From Amoeboaphelidium protococcarum X5 (lineage: Eukaryota > Fungi > Aphelidiomycota), in the NCBI GenBank assembly GCA_023515725.1, contig JALDTO010000013.1:93715-157714 (forward strand): a stretch of DNA of 64,000 nt. The letters are read 5' to 3'. The first letter of the stretch is position 1; the number at the start of each line of letters is the position of its first letter. Position numbers and translations under genes: made by a program. Under the pieces are notes generated by a model. The model was not told where the DNA came from, ran no database searches, and worked only from the letters and a program-made list of their open reading frames with translations. Shown here piece after piece: positions 28,271-42,848 of this stretch.

Positions 28271-29644
28271 TCATTTCAAAATTTCATTCTCGTCACTAGA
28301 AATATTGTCATCACTGTCACTCAGCGGCTAATTTACATCTTATTGATCGAACTGAGCATCACCATAATCTTACTATGTGGACGTATTATATCGCTCACGC
28401 GACAGACGATCATCATCATCATCTGCAAACATTCCATTACGGCCAGAGAGAGCTTCATCTCCAGACTATCTAGGAGAAGGAAGACTAGGATTTCTGCGGG
28501 ATCTCGATCTAGATTTAGATTACGATGACTGTGACGACGTGGAAGTGGACTCTGTTTAGTTCTAAGCAAGGATCAACGCATTACTTGAATTGTTGTTGCT
28601 ACTACTAGTGCTAGTAGAAGTGGAATCTTCCCCATTCTAAGTACCACCTTTGCCGTTATCAATACGCAATCTGAGACCGGATGCAAGAAGACGCAACGGA
28701 CTTCGCTTCTTTTTGCTCATAGAACGCTGCCTATACTTGATACTGTCCATGAGGGGAGCGTAATCCTTCTACAAATTCCTCTTATTCCACTCCACCGCAT
28801 CGATATTACTCTATTTCCATAGGTACACCAGTACACATGCATAGTACACAGTGAGCAGTGAGAAGGCGATCAAAGAGACCACCACAAGGCCCGTCAGAAA
28901 TCTATAGTGATACAAATAGTAAGCCAATTGATACGGTACAAACTAGGCAGTGGATATCATGAGAGCTGTGACTATTCGAGGTAACTTGACCTTACCATCA
29001 GAATCACGACTACCTGCAATGGTGAGATATAAATCGCCAGACTTCTGATGATAACTCCTCTAATATTTGTACTATTTGTCAGATTCCAATTTCAACTAAA
29101 CCATCTCATACTCTTGATAATATCCAAATACATATAGCGGAAGTCTAAGCATAATATTGAGCCATTTTAACGCTCTGGATTAATACTTTAACATCAACAC
29201 TGACGATCCTCTCCACGCAAGATTATCAGCATTAGAATAATGACAAATTTAAGACATGCGAGACTTCTACGGATATACCGAATTTGACTATACACTTTCC
29301 TGCGACTTTGACTACTTGTCACTCAACTAACAAGCACTGACAGGCCATAATCCATCATAATTATGCTTCTCTTGAGACAATTTCACCACCAGATGCCAGT
29401 CATAAGTCTATCTATTACTCAATCTATTCAGTCTCACGGATGGAATTATGGCGTGAATGTTCATGTGATTATAATCATATTCTAGTCGCAGTGGAAATTC
29501 TTGATATACAGTTGAGGGGACAAGGAGAGAGTACATGGCCATATAAACGAGACACGCAATGGACACACTAAGCACAATACCCACAGTCATGATCACGGTC
29601 CCAGTGAGGATATTCCTCGGCCTGAATATCTAATAGTTGGACAT
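28271..29644 (-). CDS. Seipin (lipid-droplet biogenesis protein), 457 aa
   Basis: TM1 followed by P...FPLRLEY; LMLKYQS...LPLYVFGY..E; LAYYLYHY followed by TM2; low-complexity tail. Confidence 0.75.
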
Positions 29645-30394
29645 ATTATTATCACCTTTTAGAAATCACAATTACAATTATCTGATAGTAGTTTACAGTC
29701 AGACAATCAATGATCAGGTGTAGAATTACTTTAGCAAATTGATTTCAAATACTTTATTAAATGGTATAGAAACTAACAAGCAGATAATCTACAAAATATA
29801 TATATCGAAATGAGAGCGTGTAATATAAGCGGGAGAAAAGTAACAACTCCAGCCCAGATCAACTACTGTATTAGATATTTGAAAGAGTGTGAGAGTTTAT
29901 TTAGTGTGAGTAAGAGAAGAATAGAGTGAATGCGACGATGACTTGCATCTGTTTCGCGCGCGTTTGTCTGTCGATCACATGTCACTACGACGGGTCAAAG
30001 CCATTCGTTCCTTCATCAGAAACTCTCATTTCTCGTGTTATCCGTCCATATACGGCACTCGAAACGTGGCTATTGGTCGAGTCAAAGTCATTGCTTCATT
30101 AAGGAAGCTCACTCAGTTCTTTTGTGTTTTAAACAGATTCGAAACTATCGACGTCGAAGGAAAGTGTGATCTTTTATTTTGATTCTGCTGTATAAGGAAC
30201 GCTTTTTTAATTCTATTTACAGTACAATACAGTAGTGTCTCTCTCTCTCTTGTTCCCTTGGAATACGGTGTTGATTTCTCTAGTTCTCTGCTGCTTTTAT
30301 TCTTAGTGCAAATTAGTTAGAACAAGTTGGACAGTACTTCAAGTGAGTTCATAATTGTATTGGGGACTGGATTCATCATACTAATAATAGAAGC

Positions 30395-32725
30395 ATGACA
30401 GTGGAATAGTAAATGGAGAGGTTGAAAAGGCTCTTGGTGGTTCAGAAGGTGATTGATAACTTGATCTCTACTAAGACTGACGTGGACAATAATGTTGGTA
30501 AAGTTACAGTAGGTAGTAAGAGTAGCAATATGAAATACACATAGATTGTGTCCGAGATGAGGTAGACAGTTGACGCTGATAAAAGTGACCAAGACAGGTA
30601 GAGTATGCATTAGTCTTAATCTTCATCGACCAGTAAAAATCACGATAAAGTATTAGATTATGATTAAAGTGAACGATCAAGATTAGAATAAGAATTGTAA
30701 CAATGTCTGATAAAATAGTAATATAGATTGGAATCTCTGTCTCAAGATTTGGACACTCTATTAGCTTTTAAAAATTTGCTCAAGTTCTAGTATAACCTTT
30801 ATCCTAAAGATGATGAGAATAAGCTTCACTATGCTGAATAGTATTAGTATGTGTGGGCTATCCAGGTATATACGTAAGACATAATAAAGCGATTCAAATT
30901 TCATTTTGAGTCTCCAACGTCAAAGCTTAATAGAGTTGATAAATTTGAGTGGTGGATAAATTATTTGCACAAGGTACTCAGTAAGCATCAATAGTTCAAT
31001 TGGAGTCCGCTTATGGTTAAAGATTGTGCTGCAAGTGTCGATTTATTCCAAGAGTTTATGGTTGTTATTGTTCGGGAATGTCTATTGCCTAAAGTTGGTA
31101 ATGGATTCAAAACTGTATGTGCATATATAGACAAGGCTTAATATTCAGAGAATGCAGATGATACACAACTATCAAGTGAGAGTTCTGGATGGGTTAAATT
31201 TGATTGTGGTAGTTAGTAGTGTATTCGATATAATAAACTTTTGTGTGATTTGGTCAAGGAGGTTATCCAACTTGATGGTGCTCTCATTGATAGTTATGGA
31301 CTATAGTTGGATGAGTATAAGCTGCGATTTAGTTCAAGTATTATGGATTCTCCTTGTTTGGCAGTTATAACCTCTGATCAAGAACTGTATGATTATTGGT
31401 TTAATGCACTGATTATAACGTAAAATTACCAGTTGGATATGATTATGGTTCGTAGTGATCTATGGCTTCGTGCTTTTTCAGATGCTGACATTCAGGATGA
31501 CCAATTCCGATGTGCCAAGTCTAGTTTAATGATTCTGGATTTACTGCAAGATATTGAGGATATCACCTAGAGCGTTAATAAATAAAGTCAAAAGTTGGAT
31601 CTTTGTGATCTAGGACATGATTTAATTGACCGTGTAATGGAGTTTATTGAGGGAGATCTTGTAGATCCGCTGGTTGATCGATTTCCGTATCGAAAGCCTA
31701 TTGCACCTGAGGATATTGGTGGTAGTGGGTTGTAATAGAAGTCTTAGCTTACATCCGGAGGGGTAATATCATCCACTATCAGTTCAGGTGTTGATCGAAT
31801 AAAAGATAATTAGTTGACTGCTACATTGATGTCATCATCAAATAGCGGTAAAACTGTGTCTGGTAATGCTGCTACCGGCTCGTCAGGTCCTGATAGTGAT
31901 CTTGATTCTAAAATTTGGGTACAGGGCTGCAGTAGGTGGCTGTGCGCTTTATCCTTTCTCCTGAATGCTCTAGACAATAATAAGATTGAAGACGGTGGCG
32001 AGAGTGGATTGCTATTCTTGCAATCTGAACCTGACAGATACCGAGATTTAATTTAGCGTATGTAGAGAATCATCGAATCTCTTACTAAAGTCATTACGGT
32101 CAGTTGTCTTTACTCTCTGTATCAAGTATTTGATGTATAGTGTTTGGCCAGAGTTTTGCGTAATTTGAATGCCACTGCCAATGTTGATGAAATTAAAGAG
32201 CTCCTAGAGGGTAGCTTATACTCGGGCATGGTAAAGCTATTGTCTGTATTCCAACTATTTAGAGATTCTTTACCTTATGATGTTGTACTGAACTCTGGTT
32301 TGGATGAGACACAACATGCTTACACATCATCTGCATTCGTGTCTATTGTGAAATTACTCATGGACAGTTTTGATGCGCATCTGTTTAAATGTATGCTCAA
32401 GATTCAGTTTAAATAGCGAAAGTATATTTTAGCTTTTACTAGTGTGATAGATAAGTTCATTTCCGTCCTAGCTGGTAATATCTTTACTGATTTATAAATT
32501 TTGCGAATGGACTAGCTTCAACTGAATGATCTGCTGTTTCCGCGCCTCAGTGATGGTCTCAAATTGCTCAAAATGGACTCATCTCTAATGGAAGAGGTAT
32601 TGGTGGATCCTGTGATGCTTGAGCAGATTGTGAAGGACTTTCGATTAAAAGAAAAGTTGAACATCACTCGACTGTCCATGGCAGGTTGTGTTCAAGTATT
32701 GCAGTGTGCTCAAAATATTAACTGA
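30395..32725 (+). CDS. RINT1: RINT-1/Tip20 Dsl1-complex subunit (5' end uncertain; probable upstream intron 30343-30390)
   Basis: KRFKFHFESPTSKLNRVDKFEWW matches the RINT1 RF.YHF...N...KPEW motif; one open frame to TGA. Confidence 0.75.
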
Positions 32726-32761
32726 AATGATATGTATTAATTAAACTAGTTTACATCACAA

Positions 32762-34852
32762 TCATTGATTTAAAACATGATACCAAACTTAAGAGTCTTG
32801 TAAATATTCAGTGGTTATACTAGCAGTCAATTCGTTCCATCCAATGACGGACAATAGAAACTTGATGGGATGTAGTAATGACAACTGGATGGTACGATTT
32901 AAAACTACATCGGTAACAGCATCCGCCAACCCACACTCAATAGAATGCGGTATAGACATTGGATCATATCGATACAAGATATTCACCCATTTAGCACATT
33001 GCATCGTCTTGGTCATCTTTATCAAGTTTGGCATGTACTGCGTAAACTGCTCACTACATGCAAACCACGGTAGAGGACTCCCTAGAGTTACTATTCGCAA
33101 TTTATGAGCCAATGACTTTTACTGTTACTGCTACTGCTGCATCAGATAACGTTCAAGACCAGAGAGGCCAACCAGTGCACCAGTAGAAAGTGTCAAAAGA
33201 ACCACTTCATCGATTTGTTGTAATAAGAGACCATCTGGTAATAAGATCTCACTCAATTTCTGAGCTAGTGCTTCCTGAACAGCTTCTCTTACATGTGACT
33301 CGGACCATATCGACATTGCAATGGGAAATCTGGTCAGTACTGCACACTTGAGATTAAAATACAGACGAGATATCAGAGATGACATTTACTGATCCAAGGA
33401 GAGATGTTTTTAAGATAGAGATCTACCAGGCTTCAACAGGTGTCCATAACTGATAGAGTACAGAGTGAGTTTTCTGTCATTATTCATCTAATCATTCAAC
33501 TTGCCAAGTATGGCATCAAGCTCAGACTTGATATGTTGCTTATTAGACATGCCATGAACATATAAAATAACAGTATTCTTTTTAGAGTGAGCAGGAGACC
33601 ACTCTTTGATTTTGCGAATCTTGACTATATCAGTTTTTAGTGCTTGGTTCGCAATTTCTTTATCAGCTGCTCTACTAACACCATCATTTACGGATTTATT
33701 ATGCCTCAAGGCTAATACATTATCATCATCAATAATTCGCGCCAAATATTAAATCATCTTTTAGTCTCTAAAGTAAAAACCGTGACTTAGAGGTGTATAT
33801 CGGCAAAGAGTTACAACCATCTGTTATAATCCAGACATTATCTAACCTCTTACTAAAAGTGGGAAAACTTAAACCATATTATCAACCAAAATTCTCAGTA
33901 AAGAGTAGATTCCTCTTGTAGACGACGAATTCCGCACATTACCAAACATATCAATACAAATATCGTTAACTTTCACAGAAGAAAGTTGCCTGGAATACTA
34001 ATTTTTAGATGATACACTTCCGACAATATCATTATTATCATCGTTGAAAGTCCTCTTCCATGATCCGCTACTAAGAACATCTGTCCAATACCTGAGATTT
34101 ATCCATTCCACTTCACATAAACGTTCAGTAGCACCCTCTTTCTATAGTTGAGCTAAAAATCTGTATGGTGATGAAGAATGATGCCAATGTAGAGCTGATC
34201 CCATGGTGATCAATTTAATCTTACAACCAGCTAGCGTATCAATTTATAGAAACTTTGGTCTCAATCGATAATCAATAGTCAAAGTCTCGTAGATATATTC
34301 CATAAATATCGTGGCTCCCATAGAAAAGCCAATAAAAATGAGTTCCACTTGCTCAAATTTATCACTCTCTCCAGTGGTCATTTTAGATCTTAATCGAATA
34401 ACAGCATCCTGAACCGCGTTAAGAACTTTAAATCTGAAATCTAAATCTCCCCAGAAACTTAGGCCAAGATTTAACACTCTTAATGGTAATATTCTGAGGA
34501 TCCAAGAAATTTATATGTCTTGAGCATAAATTTTACTAAATCCCTTCAATTTGGCAAATTGCAGAATATGGTTATACAACGAAGCAATACAGGCCAGTAC
34601 TGTGAACCAGATTATATCAAACAAAGATTACTAATAGTTTGTTGACCTGTCATATCTATTCCAAAATTGCTTAAGTCTATCAACTCTAGCGAACTATTTA
34701 GATTCTATAATAGAGGCGTAGTTGATACTTTCATACTCAAAGTCACATTGTAGATATCGCTTCAAATGCGCATGGACCAATTCATTCTGAGCATCAGCTT
34801 GACTCGGCAGATTCAAACCATGCAAAAACAATACCAACTTCTTCGTACTCAT
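32762..34852 (-). CDS. Tandem two-domain alpha/beta-hydrolase (lipase-like), 696 aa
   Basis: Domain 1: LFLHG, GFSMG, LITMGS, WINLRYWTD, SHGFY. Domain 2: LYVHG, TLSTG, IVTLGSP, WVNILYRYD. One frame throughout. Confidence 0.8.
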
Positions 34853-36770
34853 AGTTATTAGAAAAATAAGAGTTCAAATCCAGCAGATGGATGCCAAAAA
34901 CACTGCTTTAATCGATAGACAGGTCCACGTTCTTATGAACAGTTCACAGATAGAAGATGAAACAAAACCGCCGAAGTTGAAACAAAGTCGCGCATAAAAT
35001 CGGTCCAACCTGTTTCTGATTTGTTCGAAACGACTGAAACAGAGCATACTAAGCTGAAGATGTTCACCTATCGCCGCACGATGAGTTCACAGAAACAGAT
35101 CTAGTATTATTTGGATTTTAGTGTTCATTTGTGTTTAAAACAAAATTGGGTAAAGAACGGCTTGAATGATCTTAATTCCGACGCGTAGAACGGTTCAAGA
35201 ACTACAGACGCGCCGCAAGGTAAGTCTCGCCTAATAGCACAACGAATCTTGTTTATTCGCAATCACTGAGATGATTTCTCAAATATCTGCCCTTCTTTCA
35301 GCTTCATTATCATCTGTTCTAATGTAGAAGCATGCTACATAGACTCTCTATAACCAATCTCAGTCCAATCTAAACCTTCAAACAGGAGACATTAGCAAAA
35401 AAACGTGATCAATCGTTCTATACTTTACTCCACCCGGACATTTACAAACTTTGTATTTAAGATCCAGATCCCCATTAAACATTAAAAGACTAAATCCACA
35501 AAAGACGTAAGTCTTGAGCCTTCTGTCTTCTCTAATCTTGTATACAGTTGTAAAACAACCGCACTATTCAGGATTTCTAAGCCACATCGTTCTCTCCTTC
35601 TCGCATTCATTTGTGCTACTTAATACAGTCAGCAATATACTTCTAGTTACTCAACTTTACTGCTACCGCATCCGAATCTTCTTCGGAGTATTTGAAGGTA
35701 GGAAATAACTTTAGAATGTCATTCTCCTCCGCTTCTAAATCTGATATTCACTTCATTGCAAGGATATTAGATTAGAGAATCTTTGGGCTCAGATGTAACA
35801 ATTTGCAAAACCTTCAAATAAACAGGTTTCAGGTGAGCCACTGGGTCTTAACCTTAACCAGTTTCACCAATTGAAGAGAGATGCATATCACCAGACAGGT
35901 CTAGGCTCATCTAGCCACTTGGAGCAAACTGGTTGCGCATTTGAGAGGTAGACAGAGAAGACTGCAGAGAGCATAACTCAAATATTTCATCACTGAGTTA
36001 AGGGCAGACAGAAGGTGGTACAACTTGAACAAGACCAGAGGCAGATGTAGGTTGCATGGCTGGTGGTACCCCGCGTGAGTCTTTACGGAGTTTAATCGCA
36101 AAATCATCAGCTTCTTTCATTGCAAATACATTTGTAGTGAAATTTGCAATCTCAGAAATTCCACCAAAGTACTCAAACAGAAGATATACCCCAAGCTAAT
36201 GGACATACATGTCTTGACCTTTTGTCCATTTTAATTGCCTGGTTGTTACGTGGGCTGCTTGTACAATTAGTACTGGCAGAGACACGGGAACCACCGTTCC
36301 AAAGGACCTCTTTGTCAAGCATGGAAAACACTATTTCCAGATAATATTATATTCAATTACTCAAATTCACTATTCAAAATCCTAAAAACTACTTGTCAGA
36401 AGAACCGCGTCAACAGAGGCGGATCCCTTGGTCAGCCGCTGGCAAACGCCTCAATCTTGATAACTGAGAAACCGTCAATACATCTACAGGAGATGCCCAC
36501 CCAGCGCACAAGGCCTGAGCTTCAGCGACACCACTCTGAATTCTTTGCTCAAGAACGATGTGATGTCGCTTAGCTTGTTTACAGGTTACAATATCTGAAG
36601 AGGTCTCGATCTGATAAAGTGGGGGCAACCTTAGTAAAAGTTAAGTGATCATTTTAATCCGCGAACAATTAACATTCAAACGATATTTAGTTATCAGCAG
36701 AATTAGAAATGATCGATTGTATTACAGTTTTCAATTAGTATACTGAACATCCATTTGAATAACTACATAT

Positions 36771-38222
36771 TCAGCGTGAATATAATTTGATAAATTCACA
36801 TCCAGCAGAGATAGCATCAGCACCTTCTTTGACGCCAGCAAACGCGAAGAGTTAAAATACATGAGTCATATGCTCATAAACCTGTACTTGGATCGGACCG
36901 CGAGTCACCTATAATTCCTTGTTCTATGAATGGTAGAATTAAAGCCATTCAGAATTAAACCCACCATGCATCGTCTCACCATGTTTACGCGCCAATCTAG
37001 TCGCCATCACCATGCTCTCATCGCACAGATACTCTTTTTATCCAACTTGTATCAGAGTGGGAGGAAGACTTTCGTAAAGACTCTCTATACTAGCAAAGAA
37101 GGGACTAGCTTTACTGTTGGTTTTTGGAATTTAGTTTAAGCTGCACGGACTATTATTCTGCTATAGGCCACTGACATAGCATTCAGACAAATCAAAGGGC
37201 CATTGAGGAAGATGAAGAATATCCTAACCATCGTGTCTGGCCCATCCATTAGGGAACTTGATTAAATCATCCTTCATAAGCAGTCCATCACGAGCCAGTT
37301 GTAGGTAATCTTCCAACTCGGAATGAGCAAGTAGGCCAATATTGGCTATTTCACAAGTCAGATCTAACCATGGACTTTACATGTAGAGAGCTGAAGGAAG
37401 CGTGACGCCAGTTCTCTTCATCTCCAGACAGGACGACACGCACAATCCACCACCAGCCGAGTCACCCATAAGAATGATGTTTTAAATGCAACTACCATCA
37501 TCCTCAATCTGAGCATACAAATACTAAAACGTGCTTATGACATCATCGATAGCCTGAGGGAAAGTTGCTTCTGGAGCCAGGTGGTAATGCGGAATCACCA
37601 CAGTAGAGTTGGTCAATCGACTGATTTCCATAACCATGTGTCGCCATGATGCTTCTATCGAGAAAGTGAACGCTCCACCATGTACATACACGATATAGCT
37701 TTGCGGATTGGTGACTGATCTATGCGTAACAAAATCTACGCGAATATCCCCCGTCTTGGAGGCAACGCTTCGTGACTCGAATCGAGCAAATGGATAATAT
37801 GGCAGAAGGGGAATCCAGCTAATAAGGAGTCTAAAGTATCGCACGCAGCATAAAGCATACAAGTCACGCTCAGAGACACCACACTTCTCTAAAACCGCAG
37901 ATTTAACATCTTTATCAGCATCAGATTGCATGTCAACCAGACTATGATGTTGTGCCGCATACTGGTAATCAAGAGGAACATCAGTAGCATGCTGGAGATG
38001 CCATTTGTAAGAGTATTGCATAGATACGATGAGGATTTCATGCAGCAGAGTCCATGATGGTCTTTTAGGTCCATTTCTAATTCTATTAGGAATCCAAGTG
38101 AAGATGAGATGAGCAAATAATCCACCAAGCCAAGCCACCGAGTAAAGCAAGTACGCGCGAATGAAGCGTTTTACAATTGTCTCAACTATTTCCCTGCTAA
38201 TATCCGTCTAAGTATTCTTCAT
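36771..38222 (-). CDS. HSL-family esterase/lipase (Abhydrolase_3), 483 aa
   Basis: YVHGGAF, YHLAPEATFPQAIDD, GDSAGGGL, SPWLDL, YEHMTHVFQ. Confidence 0.92.
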
Positions 38223-39445
38223 TTCAACTTAATCGTAAGAGTAATAATTTTATATTCTCAAAGTTAACGTCGAGACAAAGAAGAGACTGCGTTGAAATTG
38301 CGGTTGACAAGGGATGAAGTGACGTCATTTCACTGACCGCCGATTACGGAGTGGTCTCGACCGAATCGTCGGCACATGAGCTCCCCTCCGGCAAATATCA
38401 CTCCGACTGAAAACTTCACTGACAATAGACCTTGAAACAATTTCAATAAACACTTTAAAACACGACGCATATAAGGAAATAAAACATGTACAATGACGAA
38501 AATCGATAGAAAAAACAACATGATTGATTAGTCACTAATTCATTCATTAAAGAATTCAATTTTACTGCGCTGGTGCCTTGGATGCGTTAGACTACTATAT
38601 TATTTTAATTTTGGCATCTGCATCATCTTTTGATCTCACTTCAACACCATTTTTGCCACCATACCCGCGCGCAAAAGAATTTCCACTATACTCATTCAAC
38701 TTGCCCTCCGTGTGCTTCTGAGCCACTTGAGCAGCGAATTCCTTCAGTGGTACATCAACGTGCACCTCGCGACCACCAGCCCATCTCTGCTACTTTTCAC
38801 TCACAGCATTCTACACTCACATATATAGTCACATAGTTAAAGAATAAAAGTTGGTATTATGTTGTAACAACTATCTATTACTTACCACTTCACCATCAGT
38901 CTCCCAATCATCATCGTTGCTTTTTTAAGCTTTAACCTCTTAAATGTTATGTCCTGTCTCTGCTTTCCACATTTCTTACCTAAATGCTTTATATTATCTT
39001 TCACTTATTTTTAGGTGTAAATTTTAAAGATTAAAAGACTCAATCAACACAATTTCAAATAAGAGTTGTAACATCCATCCAAGAAGTTATTTTTAGACAA
39101 TTTCTCAGTGAAGCACTACTTGTCGCGGTATTAGTTCACGTTGAGATAGTCAGAGAATTTGATACTACTACGACCATCCACTCTTGGAACTTTCATCTGA
39201 TAAGTACGCTTTAATAAAAGGGACTGGGAGCGTTATTAAAATAATATACACAAACCAACTGCGTCTTCACAAGAGCGCGCAACAGTCAGTGGGAGCGTCT
39301 TCTACTTGCTACTTGCAATGGAAAGAGCGCGCCTTCTACTTTCTCTCAAGCTTCTTCTCGTTCTTTTTTAATACAGTTAACTGGACCTGACTTTCTATAT
39401 CAATTTACGATTTTTGGAGATTTCATACAGTTATAAAAGAATAAG

Positions 39446-42400
39446 ATGGAGGAGCAAGCGTTAAATTAGCTCTCAGTGGAACAAGTGTCTTAGATAGTTA
39501 GAGATGGGTTTTCACAATTCAGGTCTGATCCTAACCATCCGTTCTTGGGTGCTAATGTCCCTGTGTATGGTCAGAGATAGAGTCCTTTTGAGTTGCCGCC
39601 AAATCTGAACTTTTAGGTGCTTGGTGTTCCTATTCTGTCTTCGGCGATATTGGCATCTTTATACTCATTTGGATCTGGTCATGAAGATGGCGGTGTATAA
39701 TAGTGGAAAGATGTTGTTGCTAGTATTAGGCAATCTGTGGAAGGTGATCTCAATCCACCGTAATCATCAACTAAAGAAGTTATGTCTGGTGTTGTTCATG
39801 ATGATAAAATGATGGTCGAATAGAAGCGTGATATAGATGATTCAGATCCAGATGATGAACAGCATACTACTTTGGGTCAAGGTTAATTCGAGTTATAGCC
39901 TTCAGAGCATTAACCATATTTTGATTTAGATTCATGCCTATAGAATGATAATAATTAGCTTGATGTTGGTAAAGCGGCTGATATTAGACGCCGATTACTT
40001 GAGGCAATTGAGTAATTATTGCGGCACGTAGTGGAAGCTTCTCCTTTTGGAATGCATAGCGGCGGCGGTGATGTTGATTATGTTGATGAAGATGAGTAGG
40101 AAGAGGAGGATTAAGATGATGCAGTCGATTAGAATACTTCTTTTGATAAAATGGATATCGCAGGTAAATAAGACAACACTCTGTACCTTGATGAGTATGG
40201 CTCGAGATGGCTTTATATGAGTGGGATTGATATGAAGAAGTTAAATGGTATTAAGAGAAATCTTGATCAGATTCAAGACGATTAAATGGAAGATAATAAT
40301 CTCATGTCTGATGAACCAAGTGCGAGTAGTATGGCATAAGCCAAGCTATAAGCCAAGCTATAAGATAGTCGAGATGATGCTCATGAAGAGAATAATTAGA
40401 TGGTGTCATCCAAAGATCTGCAACAGCCTTAAAAAGCTCAAATTGGATAAATGTTTCGTGGTAGTAGAGCTTATTGGGGCGGTGCTTTGGCGCGATACAT
40501 TTGCACTTTGTTGTATAATCCTAGAACATTAAAGTAGGCCCGGAGAAATAGCGTAGACAGTAATAAGTCTGTTGAAGGATTTCATAGTTTAGAAAAGGCC
40601 TCTGAATACGAGATTTAGTAAGTCAATGCTCAGAAAGACTATCTTTTGACTGATATCTGGTTTAAATTTCTCCTAGATGATTTTCTGAATAGATGGGATT
40701 TGGCTGTTCGCTATTTTACGTGTCTCTACTTTCATTGTCTGATGAAATAGGATCTTGTTACGTATGACTCCTAGATTGATCAGTTTTTGTAATTGATGTT
40801 TGAGAGAATAAGTATAGATGGTAATAAAAATGCCTTCACTCCTTGGCTTCCTCAAAAGAAGCAGAATGTCGTGTTTAAAAAGTTTGTATTTGCGCTGTTC
40901 AAGTTTCCTTAGTCTCTAATTAGTATGACTGATGATAAAGATTTTAAGGATAGTTCAGATTTGGATCAAGACGATGGATAGATAATTTCTATTAGTAAAT
41001 TGAGTAGGCTTAAGTTTTAATCATAATCTCCTACTCCTCTGGAGAAATTCAAAATACAATTTGCACTAGATTTTCTCTTTGAGTGTGTGCTTAGAGTCAA
41101 TAATGATAAAGTGTCTTAAATGGCGTTCCATCTATTGCTTGAGTGTACATCGTCTGAATATCGAGCCAAGAGAAGCGAATCCATTCGAGTTATTCGAAGA
41201 TTATGGACACTGTCTCCGGATGCATTTCAGCAGAATAGTGATTAAAAGGACCTTATTGCCATGCAGACAGCTAAATATGCTGAGCTCATTGAATCTGTGT
41301 AAGAGTACTCGATTGAGAATCTTGATAATCTTCTCGGATTTGATCAACTCGTAGTAACTGATGAGAATGGTGGTGGTGATGGTATTGTTGGTGTGCAGAT
41401 AACTGAGAATGACATTCTGCGATATCTGGACCTCTATGTTGTCATTTGTGTTAGAGATCCATCGATATTTCGTCATCTGTTCCCATTGTTTTCTAAGCTG
41501 TCCGCGTCTGATGGTGATAGGAATCGCTTGGTGTAGAATGTGATTCTGGCGGCTGTTGGTAAGATTGTCTCCTTTATTGGTATGCCCGATGGATCAAATA
41601 AAGCTTCTTTGTTGCTGCCTGTGATAGAGCAGGAATGCAATGATGCAAACATGGAACTTGTTCTGAAATTTGCGCAGTCAATGGTGGTATCTTCTGCAGG
41701 TGTTCATGTTAAGCCTTTATCTGTATATGTGGCATTCTTCAAACGATTACTGTCTGAGAAGAATGATCTATTTAAAGACGGTAGATTTTGGGCCTGTATT
41801 CTGCCAGGCGACGACATTTCAGTTGAGGAATCCCGGCGTGGTCTGATCTCATTGGCATCCTCTCTATGGAGTGACTAGTTAAAAATCGATACCGCCACTA
41901 GAGTGTTTTTATTTGTTGATGCTGTTGAAAGAGTGCTGCTTAAGTATCCAGAGCCGCAATCCAAGCCTCAAGCTGATCTTGTGTAATAGTTTTTGCATCC
42001 TGTTGACGTGTTTGTTCTATTCCATTGCTTTGACATAGAATTTTCTGATAAGGACTCTGTTTAATAGCATCATCTCAGTCTTAAAGCCATGATTGAAATA
42101 TCTCGTCTCCTACTTACTCATCCTTAATTGCAGCGCTTCTATACTCCTAGTGTCGTATTCTGGGGATTAACTGCTATTTTGGATAAACATGGCGCAAATG
42201 TTCCTCTTTTGTTTATGAAAGCTGTTCTGACTGCCCTAAGTCTTTATTCTGGTGAACTATCGGATAAGCTTCTTACACACGTGCTGACTCGATGCGTCTC
42301 TTTCAAGACTTTGTGGTTGGGTGCAAAAATTGAAGCCAAGAATATATAGATTGAACCGCATAATGATGAATACAAGCGAGCCAAATCTTTGTGGGAGGGC

Positions 42401-42682
42401 TGGGTGCGTTTATTGAATCAACTAAGTCCGTCCAGCTTTGGTCTCCTGGTTCGCGTGCCATCAATAAAGATGAAGCAGATTCTGTTGAAATGCGGTGCTG
42501 AGACAATTAATCAATTTTTGAAATGGAATAATGGGTAACTAGGTGCTCTTGCGCCGGATAGTCCGGTTAGATAGTAGTATCTGAAGGCGTTGGATGTAGT
42601 ATCTAATATTAACTCCGACAAAGTTGAGAGCGGTGTTGGTGGAGAGTAGAACATTATCAATGATATTAAGATGATTAGTTGA
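39446..42682 (+). CDS. Symplekin/Pta1-like 3'-end processing scaffold
   Basis: Symplekin_C-like PLLFMKAVLTALSLY and LWEGWVRLLNQLSPSSFGLLVRVP; IRSQAIRIIRRLW; one open frame. Confidence 0.78.
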
Positions 42683-42848
42683 ATGAGGTTGGACCGCTTT
42701 TGAATAAAATTTACATATATTTTGACCTTTTAACTTACAACCATTTCTTGATCACGCTTATTCACTATACACTCTCACCTCCTCTTATTCAGCATATATA
42801 CACAGATTCGATTGTAACTTCTTCACACACAGCTGATTGACATTATAC

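Noticed and set aside
38335-38345. ATCGGCGGT shared with the omega-RNA candidate
   Set aside because: A 9-mer match is expected by chance, and no TIR or further similarity adjoins it.
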